From Craspedostauros australis (lineage: Eukaryota), in contig JALAGF010001598.1 in assembly GCA_030167865.1 (NCBI GenBank), forward strand, positions 1 to 38,899: DNA of 38,899 bases, given 5' to 3'. The position numbers were made by a program, and so were the translations under genes. A model generated the notes under the pieces. That model had not been told where the DNA came from. It did no database searches and saw only the letters and a list, made by a program, of their open reading frames with translations. Below are positions 25,078 through 34,466 of the stretch, piece by piece. How positions within the stretch are numbered: position 1 is the first letter of the stretch; each line of letters opens with the position of its first letter.

Positions 25078-26187
25078 GATGTCGATGGCGATGTCGACGT
25101 TGATGGCAGCAGGAGCAGGAGTTGGACGAATGATGGCGACTTGCTGGTGGTTGGCAGGTTCAGGAAGGTGCTTTCGACTTTCTGGGGAATGTGGTGGAAA
25201 TGCCGATGCCGTTGCTCTTCGATGAGTTGTGCCGTTGGCCTTGGTTTTCGATTGCTTCTCAAGGTGAGCGAAGATGTCCGTTTTGGGTTGTTGGGGCAAG
25301 AAAAAGTGGGAGAGTTGGTGTTGTGTGCCGTGGTTGTTGTGGTTGTTGTGGTGTCTTTGGAACTCGGTCATTGCTCTGTGTTCTGTTGGTGTTCGGTGTC
25401 CGTCTCCAATGTTTTTCGCAGATGAGCAGATGGCTGTGTCGGCACGAGAACGTTCTCTTCGGAGTTGGGAAGCAGAAAACGAAGTTCGCTTCGATTCGTT
25501 TCGAAAACACCACGCTTGTTGGTCGCAAACAATTCGTGATTTATCACTCGGGACTAGTATCGACTCTTCAACAAACGCATCACGATTGATTGTCGAACGG
25601 GTTAACTTTTATCCGAGTCTGACATGCGTCCGTGTCGTTTCGTTGTTGACAGTGTTAACGGTCGAACTGATCAACAGAAGCGAAGAAGACAAAGTCAGAA
25701 AAGAGGAATTCCGAATTCCGCCGAACTTGCGTCTTTTCTTTCTGGATGATAGGTACTTGGTAAGACCCAAAATGTTCCAACTTCGTGACATCTCGCGATC
25801 CTCAAAATTCAACTTGACGGGCAAGGATTCCACGTATGTTGTTGTCTGAAACTGGCAACAGTGCGTGAATGCGAGCGGTGATTGGATCCTTGCGTTTTCT
25901 GTGGCGTGCCGGTTGTGGCTGTGCAAGTACTGCGTGCTGTGCGACACGGTGGACTTGCGACCGTGCAGTGTTGCGCAGCTTCGCGTCGAGCACGAAAGGG
26001 TCGTCGCATCGTTGATGTTGCTGTTGCTGTTGATCTGTGTGGCGGAGGATGGGAGTGGATGTCAAGAGAGTCGACACCAAGTGCGAGAGCAGGAGTGTAT
26101 CGAAAACAGACCTCAAACGCATCCATCCAGACAAAGCACAACAAACGACATAACTACACAACCGTCGCAATTCTCAAATCAAGAACC

Positions 26188-27540
26188 ATGAAGATCGCTG
26201 TTGCCGCCCTCCTCGTCTCCTCCGCTGCTGGATTCAGCATGGACATGACCTTCTCCTTGGGAAAGAAGAAGGCACCAGCCAAGGCCGCAGCAAAGGTCAG
26301 TTGGCTGCAAGATCGCGGACGTCCAGCTTGGTCGGCACATTCGGTGACGGCGGTGTTGCTGGCGGTTGGTGGTTGCTGACCGCGTTGGCCGCAAACCAGT
26401 CACCAGCACAGCCGTTGCTCTGATCATGCCAGTTGGACGGATGCATTGATCGATACGATGCATCGTTGAATGAAGATTAGGAACGGATGGACGGAGGCGT
26501 CTTGAAGCGTTTGGGTGATTGCGTGGGCGATCTGCCAAGAGAATAGGCAGAAGTTGGCGGCATGGCAATCGCAACCATGCCACCAGAGGCACAGAGTGTG
26601 GCTGTTTCTCCTGTCGGCCTCAGCTTTTGCAAAGTGCGACGGCATGCCTGCACAGACTCAAGGCGACATGACCACATCAACACTATTCATGCTCAACCGG
26701 TACGCGCCTTCACGCCACGTAACTAACATCCGAATCCTTCCTCTGACATTCAATTCACTTTCGATTGCATTCTTTCTCTCCTCCTTTCTGTTATCGCCAA
26801 CGCCGTCAAACGCAACCATTGCCAACGATAACTTGTTGCAGGTCGGAGGACCCTCCCCTTCCGCTGACGCCTGGGCCAACGCCGGACCATCTGTCGCCCT
26901 TCCATTCGCCACCGCCCCAGCCACCCTTGATGGATCCATGTTGGGAGATGTCGGTTTCGACCCACTTGGTTTCTCCACCGTCCCAGTCGGACCATGGTTC
27001 AAGGGCATCGAGGGCCGCAACGGTGTCCCAGATGACCTCACCTGGTACCGCGAGGCCGAATTGATCCACGGACGTATCGCCCAGCTCGCCGTCGTCGGAT
27101 TCATCGCTCCAGGACTCTTCGGAACCCTCCCAGGTAACGAGTGGACCGGAACCGACGCCTACAGCTTCACCAACCCACTCGAGGCATTCGGAAAGGTCCC
27201 AGGACTCGCCCTCCTCCAGATCTTCCTCTTCATGTCCTTCCTTGAATTCCGCCGCATCAACATCATCAAGGAGGAGGGATCCGACTACATCGCCGGAGAC
27301 CTTCGCATCGGACAGGGCGAGGGCCGATACAACCCATTCGGCCTCAACTACTCCGACGAGCAGTACGAGGAGAAGCGCCTGCAGGAGCTGAAGCACTGCC
27401 GTCTCGCCATGGTCGGAGTCTTCGGACTCTGGGCCCAGGCCCTTGCCTCCGGAGAGGCCGTCACTGACCAGCTGGGAGCCGGACTTACCGTCCCAGCTTA
27501 CGCCGCCAAGGCCGGATACTTCCTCCCAGAGGGCATCTAA
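26188..27540 (+). CDS. Light-harvesting fucoxanthin-chlorophyll a/c protein, Lhcr-like, 2 exons, ~268 aa
   Basis: Signal MKIAVAALLVSSAAG-F. LHC motifs: SVALPF..LDGSMLGDVGFDPLGFS, REAELIHGRIAQLA and QELKHCRLAMVG. Intron 26296-26841, phase 0. Strong codon bias typical of a highly expressed gene. Confidence 0.95.
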
Positions 27541-28544
27541 GCCAACCCCGCCGTCCAACAGCCAAAGTCCAACGTCTCAAGCAGGTGAATAGTGCACATG
27601 CTTGAACTAGGCATGGAGATTGCTCCCATCCCATCTTTTGAAGCATGCAGACGTCCAGCGACCAGCATGCGGCGTGTAGATCGGAGCGATCGACAGTTTT
27701 TTCGCGCCCGCCAGCAGTCCCGCCACATCCCTCCTCACACAGCGCGGCCATTGTCAACCCTTGTACATCGCGATAGACCATCCGGCCGCAACGCGTGCGA
27801 GTGACATGAAGCGGAACAGTGCGGAATACAATGCATCATGAACGAATGGAATTCACGGAGGAAGTAGGTAGTCAACCAGACAGAACTCCACCATTAGACA
27901 AACACATTTTCATTGCGACACTCGAATCTCGTTGTGGTACTCGTGCTTGTATGGATGATGCAACATGGCGTGTGTCATTTCTTCACTCATCTATTATGCT
28001 TTGTTTGGGATGTGCCGATGTTGTCATTATGCTTGCTACGCGAGTACATAGGTCAGAGTAATGAGTGACGACAGTGATTGAATGCCGATCTTGTTGGGCG
28101 ACATCTGGAAACATGCGGTACTTCAACTGGCACTCCTGCACAGGGCCAATTCAGCGAGGTCTGGTTGATCGCTGACCATTCAATTCGATCCTCCTTTCAA
28201 CTCTCCATCCATCATCCTTGCATTCATTTGACCATCTTTCGTGCGAGTCCGTGACATCACGGCTGGAATGCTGCAAGTGAAGCAGAGCAGAATAGTATTC
28301 CACTCTTCTCCATTCCGTTCCGTCTTGGCAACATGCATTCTCATGTTCATATTCATTTTCAGATTGCACGAATCATCCACTCCTCTCTCTCTCTGTCTCT
28401 TGTTGTAGTTGGTGGAGTCTACAACAACGGTGCAAATAGAACTGACGAGTGGGGTGCTCCACGACCTCCATAGAGTATATGCACAAACTCTATGTAGCAC
28501 AGTCGTGCCGACCAAGACAAACGGATCAAGCTCGCATACGTCGG

Positions 28545-29072
28545 CTACTGTGCCTCCTTCCTCACAGCCTCATTGTTCTCCTCAGCCACGCCCTCTGCCT
28601 CCTTTTGCTTCCGCCGGTATTTGCGACGCTGCTTCTTGAGGAACCGCTCCAAGTTGACGCGATTCGTCTCCTGCGTCTTCTGATCACCGGTGACGAGATG
28701 CACACCACCGCCCCAACCACCGGCACCCAGCTGCTCCACCTGCGTTGTGCCATCGCCACCATCCTGATCCTGCGTGCGTACTATCCGCTTGTCGCCCAAC
28801 CCTTGTATCTGCACGTCCTTGCCATCGCCCAGGCGTTGCTCCTTCGTGGCGTTGGCCTTGTCGATGGCCCACAGGCTGGTGTTGTATCCGATGACGATGG
28901 GAACCGCGAAGTACACGCATCCCATGGCAAACTGGCCCCATGGTGGCAGCGGCACGCGCCATGCCGTGTGGACCGTGTGGATCAATCGGTTGTGGGCCTT
29001 GTTGAAGGCATCGATCTTGCGAGCGAACCAACCCATGTCGGCACGTTCGTGTGGTGGTTGCTGTCCCATCAT
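28545..29072 (-). CDS. Hypothetical single-pass membrane protein, 175 aa
   Basis: One hydrophobic segment (WGQFAMGCVYFAVPIVIGY), a charged C-terminus and coding-like composition. No family recognised. Confidence 0.7.
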   Translation of the reverse strand: MMGQQPPHERADMGWFARKIDAFNKAHNRLIHTVHTAWRVPLPPWGQFAMGCVYFAVPIVIGYNTSLWAIDKANATKEQRLGDGKDVQIQGLGDKRIVRTQDQDGGDGTTQVEQLGAGGWGGGVHLVTGDQKTQETNRVNLERFLKKQRRKYRRKQKEAEGVAEENNEAVRKEAQ

Positions 29073-29859
29073 GTTCCCCGTCTCTATCCTTCAGAGGAGT
29101 CTCGTGTCTAGGATGGCTTTGATTGTGGATCAATCTATTGCAATGGATGCACTCTTGGGAGATTTGTGATGACATCAACGGCTACGCTGTTGGTTGTTGT
29201 TGCTGTTGCTGCGTCATTGCCGAGGTTTGATTTGATGACTATGTTTGCGTTGCTTCTTTGTTCCCTTCTCTTGTGTTTCGGTGGCGCCATCAACGTTTCT
29301 CGGGTTGAGTCGTTTGTCGCGTTTGAAACAAGCAAAACCACAAACATACTGCAAATGAAGTATCAAGAATTGAGTAGAGTACTTGACAGCGATACCATGT
29401 GAGATGAAGAACACGTTTCACGCACAAACGTGTACGGAGTGTGTGGTTGCCCAACCAGTCAACACATCACGAAGAACAAGGGAAGGAAGGAAACGTGACA
29501 AAAGACAAAAGAGCGGAGTTCAACAACAGCAGGGGATAAGAATTCAACGCCCATGGCGAAGGTACCGCCGATCGACACCCCACCACACACGACCGCGTCA
29601 AAAGTGACAGGGGTGTCTCAGCGCAGCGACATTCGCCCTCAAGAACAAGACAGAGAAACAGGGACAGACACCACGCAGAGAGAAAGTCCACATCACCGTC
29701 AGTAGCTCGTACCAATACTCGCACACAATCGCACCTTTCGGTGATCTCTCTCTCTCTCTCCATCTATTGCATGTTACATACAACCGATCGCATTCAAGAA
29801 ACTGATTCCCATCAAACACGTACTTGTCTGGCAGAAGAGTGTTGACACCACACAGCACA

Positions 29860-29909
29860 CCAACATATCCAACATATCCAACGCATTCGACACATCCAAC
29901 GCATCCAAC
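29860..29909. repeat. Imperfect 9-bp tandem repeat (CCAACRYAT-like, ~5.5 units)
   Basis: ccaacatat ccaacatat ccaacgcat tcgacacat ccaacgcat ccaac. Confidence 0.85.
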
Positions 29910-30128
29910 TAACCAGCGAGCAATCAGGCAATCAAGTTTCTGGAGAGAGAGGCAAGAAGCAGCCCGGTCGACCATCCGGAGGAACGGCAGCGAGACTCCT
30001 TCCCCCCTCTTGCATACTATTCTATACTCGTAGCCCGTACCCGTGCAATCCATACATACGACTGAGACAATATACCAAACTTTCAACTGCGCGTCTCACA
30101 ACAGGCAGCGAGTCGAAATCCAGCAACG

Positions 30129-30908
30129 ATGGCAGACATGGCAACGAACGATCAGAAAAAGCGAGAGCAGGATGGCAGCACCGACATGGCTGAGAAGCCG
30201 CAGAAGAAGCAGAATCGCACGCTCACCGTCGACTCGCTGGCAGCCGACATCTGCGCTGCCTTCTTCGCCTCAATGGACCTCGACGGCAACGGATTCATCG
30301 AGGAGTCGGAGGTCAAGATCATATCGGTCGTGGCGTTCAACGAAGGCGAGGATGCGGCCATCCGACGGTGGCAGACCATGCTCGCGGATATGGACGAGAA
30401 TAAGGACAAGATGATATCGAGGGATGAGTACATATCCTGGTGGGTCAACCACACCCAAGACAAGATGAAACCGAACGGGGTCTTCGTGGAAGGCTATGCG
30501 GCATACCTCCTCAAGTGCTTACAGCGGATCACCTCCGTCAAGACAGCGACCGAGATGTGCGACGCCTTCTTCGAGTCGATGGATGAGAACAGCGACGGCT
30601 TCCTCGTGGAGACCGAGGTCAAGAACATCGCCAAGTGGGCATTCGGGGCAAAGGATGACGCCGCCAAAGCGACCTGGGTGGACATGATAGAAAAGATGGA
30701 CACCAACAAGGACAAGAAGATCTCCAGGGAGGAGTACTCCAACTACTGGATGTCGGAAACCAAGGGCAAAATACAGTCAGACGGAACCTTCGTCAACGGA
30801 TACAAAGCCTTCCTCTTCTCGAAACTCGCCAAGCTGAAGGCGGGTCAACGCCGGCAGGAGCAAGTCAAGATGTGGAACGAGGCGTATGGGGAGACAAAGA
30901 AGGAATAA
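30129..30908 (+). CDS. EF-hand calcium-binding protein, four EF loops in two ~100-aa internal repeats
   Basis: Loops DLDGNGFIEESE, DENKDKMISRDE, DENSDGFLVETE and DTNKDKKISREE. Confidence 0.9.
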   Translation: MADMATNDQKKREQDGSTDMAEKPQKKQNRTLTVDSLAADICAAFFASMDLDGNGFIEESEVKIISVVAFNEGEDAAIRRWQTMLADMDENKDKMISRDEYISWWVNHTQDKMKPNGVFVEGYAAYLLKCLQRITSVKTATEMCDAFFESMDENSDGFLVETEVKNIAKWAFGAKDDAAKATWVDMIEKMDTNKDKKISREEYSNYWMSETKGKIQSDGTFVNGYKAFLFSKLAKLKAGQRRQEQVKMWNEAYGETKKE

Positions 30909-31839
30909 GGAATCGTGATCCAATCCGCAATACGAGCTGCTCTGCTCGATTCGATGTTCCAACACCACTCCATCCAATGTCATCCAAACGCCATGCAGTG
31001 CCATGTCATGCTGCCAAATGGATAGTATGCTATGGCAACAAGCTCCGGCGGTACTCCAGGGTGCAGTACAATGCTTGAGGTTGATGCGAAGTGATTGGAA
31101 CAGAAGGATGGATGGGCTTGTGCGCAGATGGATACACGTAGGTACGCCAATGGACACAAACATGAAAATGGAAATGAGAATGAAAGAATGCACGCATCAG
31201 CGAATCATCTCGAAGGGTTGGTGTCATGCTCGTCACCGAGCAAGTAGGATTCCTCTGAGACGGTGATCAACTGTAACGGAGAATAGTAGAACATGGTCGT
31301 ACTGTTCGTCGTCGACCATGAGCAAAGTCAGCACTCCTCTTCTCACATCGTTCAGCAGGTACGACTACGTACGCCGCCTCGTTTGCGACATGCAAGCCAT
31401 GGCAGTGTGTGCGAGTACATGTTACCTCGCGGCAACACTGCGCACTCAATGGCATCACAGCACCACGACGCATTGTGATAACAGCAGTACCAACGGTAAT
31501 CGTTGGAGCCACGGTGTGCCAGTCGCTCTCGTTGGAGCACGGATACAGCAGCGGTAGATGGCTGGTTGCACAGCAATGTATGTACCGGTACGACTATGCC
31601 ACGCACTTCGTAGGTCAACAGAGCGATCCAATACTACGTTGTGCCGATGTCTCCTCTCAAACCAAAATACGGAATGGGAAGGAAATGAACGGCATGGCCG
31701 CTACTGTCCTGCACTCTGCTGTGACGGCATATGCAAATAATACCACATAATAGTGCAACTGCATACTCGTTCGCACAAATACGCTTGAGAGAACGAAGAA
31801 TATAACAATGTTATCGCACCATCCAAGTACGACAATCAT

Positions 31840-32598
31840 CTAAAACTCTGAGTCCATGTCCTCGGCCTGTTGATTCTGTTCCGGCATCGGCACTTCCACT
31901 GGGTTGGAATCCGGAAGGCCGCTGGAGAATGATGGCAGGATGGTCTCACGGTAATACCTGGAGCCAGTCTTGAAGAGGTACAGCAGGCCGAAGATGGACA
32001 TTGGATTCTTGAGGAAGAAGTTGAGGATGGCGCTGAGCCCCGACGGGCCGCCTCCACCCAAATTGGCCTCCGCCAATGGCACTGCCTCCATCTCCTTCCA
32101 CTTCGCGATGAGCGCCAGGCCCTTCTCCTTGTCACGGCCGACCTTGGTGACATCCTCCCTCGCTGTCGCCGTGATGAAATCCCCCGTCTTGGCATCCAGC
32201 ACGATGAGCATGGGGATGCCCTGGATGTTCAGCTGCTGCGCCAGGCTGTTCTTGATTTGCGCCGATCCCGGAGTCGATGGGATCGCCAGGTAGGGCATCT
32301 TCTTGTAGTATCCCTCGAATTCTGGAATGGTGCGATCGGAGCTGACGAAGACGATCTCCAACTTGCCCTGCTTGGCGATGGCATTGTAGAAGTCCCCGAG
32401 GATCGGAGAGAAGGCCTTGCAAGGTGGGCACCACGACGCCGAGAAGTAGAGGCAGAGGATCTCCTTGTCCTTGAAGAGCTTGGCGGTGTCCTGCTCCGGC
32501 TTGCCTGCCTTGGTCAGGAGCTTGGGGCCCAGGATGACCTCCATGGGAGTTCGGTTGTCATCCGCTGCTGCTGCTGCTGCTGCTGCTTCACCCGCCAT
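31840..32598 (-). CDS. Nucleoredoxin/tryparedoxin-like thioredoxin (WCPPC), ~252 aa
   Basis: LYFSASWCPPCKAFSP, LEIVFVSSDR, YYKKMPYLAIP and IQGIPMLIVLD. Start taken at MAGEAAAA; the poly-Ala is encoded by a GCA repeat. Confidence 0.9.
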   Translation of the reverse strand: MAGEAAAAAAAADDNRTPMEVILGPKLLTKAGKPEQDTAKLFKDKEILCLYFSASWCPPCKAFSPILGDFYNAIAKQGKLEIVFVSSDRTIPEFEGYYKKMPYLAIPSTPGSAQIKNSLAQQLNIQGIPMLIVLDAKTGDFITATAREDVTKVGRDKEKGLALIAKWKEMEAVPLAEANLGGGGPSGLSAILNFFLKNPMSIFGLLYLFKTGSRYYRETILPSFSSGLPDSNPVEVPMPEQNQQAEDMDSEF

Positions 32599-33293
32599 TC
32601 TTGATTCGTACCGCTTTTCTCGTTCTGTCGCACGTTTCTTCTTCTGCAGCTTGTTGCGCAATGCTCGGCCTCGATGTAACATTCAACTTCTTTGTATGCG
32701 TCTTGTGTGCCCGTGTCCAGAGTGTGCGTTGGGTGGTGCAAGTGTACTACTAACACGCGAGTGGTCGCAGAGTGAGGGTTGCTGCGGTACGATCTCAGAG
32801 TATTGTAGTCGTATCTGGTGCGATCCACAACAGAACAGATGATGATGCCATGCCACACACAGTCGTCGCCCGTGTTCGTGTTGGTTCGATGCTGTCCTCC
32901 AGCGTGACGGATGAGACAAAACAGAACCGTGTGGGACATCAAGGATCGAATCCCGACTCATCAAGTCACGTGACTTCGACCGCAACAGTGATCGAAGTGA
33001 TCATCATCGACCAATACAATTCCCGCTCGTGACTCACTACATTCAACAGACGAAACATGATTGGCTTGATCGTGATTTTCTGTTTGTCTTGTCCACGGTT
33101 CCCACGGCCATTCTTATTTGTCGTCTCTACACTGACATCGTGCTTGCTGCTGTCATCTGGTTTACTGGCAGCTAATATATGTTAAGTTGTGTATTGCCAG
33201 TCCCGCAGCCGGCAGAAAACCGCGCGTGGTTCCAACAGGCCGGAGGCATGAAGGCCGCAGGAGACAAGGGAGGCGGAGGGAGGGTGAGATTGG

Positions 33294-33561
33294 CTAAGGT
33301 GGAGAGGGGATGCCCTGGCCTGGAGCTAGAGTATATTTGTTATCAGCAAGCATGCAGTGGGAGAAACCATTCATGACAGGCTGAACCTGGATGTGCAGGT
33401 ACTGCATCATCTCGTCGCTGCGCCAACGACCCACGAGGGAGATCATGTCGGTGTTGACGCGGGCGCAAAGGAGCGCCATGGCGTCACCCGCCCACAAGGA
33501 TCGAGCGCTGATGTTGGCTGGAAGGAACCCAAGACCTGGGCCAACAATGCTTGCCACCTGA
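33294..33561 (-). pseudogene. C-terminal fragment of a tyrosine recombinase from a YR transposon (DIRS/Ngaro- or Crypton-like)
   Basis: ISARSLWAGDAMALL..ISLVGRWRSDEMMQYL fits the (H)SLRxGGA...GRWxS...Y catalytic box. The catalytic Arg position is TGG (33494-33492). The fragment is 5'-truncated at the adjacent LTR. Confidence 0.8.
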
Positions 33562-33815
33562 TGTCGAGATGTACATGTGAGTATATGTCGAGATGTACGT
33601 GTATATGTGCATCGTTCACCCGCTATTCTCTTATTCATGTACGGACAGTAAAACTACACTCGTGTCAATAGTATGCTGTGATTTGTCAGAATCACACCAC
33701 AAATGGAACACACGAAAATGAGCAGAATTTCGGGAGGAAATTTACAATCGACGATTTCTGAGAGAATTAGAAACATCGTCCGTCCATCCATCAATGGAAA
33801 CATATGGTATCGAGC
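33562..33815 (+). mobile_element. Putative 5' LTR (~241 bp, TGT...ACA, 33562-33802) with primer-binding site (33805-33815)
   Basis: Starts TGT where YR homology stops and ends ACA. It is followed after 2 nt by TGGTATCGAGC, close to the tRNA-iMet PBS TGGTATCAGAGC. A 14-bp duplication ATGTCGAGATGTAC sits at its start. No partner LTR is in the window. Confidence 0.55.
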
Positions 33816-34466
33816 GAATCTCGATGTACCTCCCAACTAAACCCCAGATGACGATATCATCTGACAGACTCCTGCATCACCAATGGAACGTGACATCTGG
33901 AGAGCAGAAGGACGCCTACTGACGTCAACATCTGTCTCCATGTCAGAGGAGGAGGCAAAGATCCGATGACCGAAGGACATCAGGATCATGGATACAGGAG
34001 GTGAAGTTCAAATGGTAAGTACTCGTGGAGTAGGAACCAGCAGTGAATGAACGGAGTGTCAAATGCGGAGTACGCATCGAATGCGAAGTATCGTGTGGCA
34101 CAGGTACACAATATTGAGAGAGAGAGAGAATACGAAGAGTAGCGAGAGAGCATCTCGCATACCGACTCATAGTTGGAGACCAAATCTACGAAACAGATTG
34201 AAGCGCCGAGAGCATCGGGCAAGAGAACAGACACCAAGAGGATTGGAGTGCCAACGTAATGAAATAGCAAACAGAATGACTATCAACCAACACTGTCTTC
34301 CATGATCGTAGGCTTTCAATCACGGAACTTGCCAACAAAAGTGGATACTTATTACTTACTGCGGAACCTTCGATTCCGATTCAACACATTGAATCCACAC
34401 AATACCAACTTCCGTCTGCCAACTTTCGAGCCAAGAGCAACGAACACTCAAGAAGAAAGCATCAAC

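Noticed and set aside
26806..27558. 250-aa minus-strand ORF
   Set aside because: It is the antisense shadow of the strongly codon-biased LHC exon 2.
29860..29909. Short repeats considered as CRISPR-like
   Set aside because: They are contiguous 9-bp units without spacers, in a eukaryotic context with no cas genes.
32930..32960. GGATCGAATCCCG resembling a tRNA T-loop/B-box
   Set aside because: No cloverleaf, acceptor stem or A-box could be built around it.
34400..34440. CCAAC-TTTCGAGCC as an alternative LTR end and PBS for the copia element
   Set aside because: The upstream sequence does not align with the post-PPT LTR beyond a few bases, so it is unsupported.
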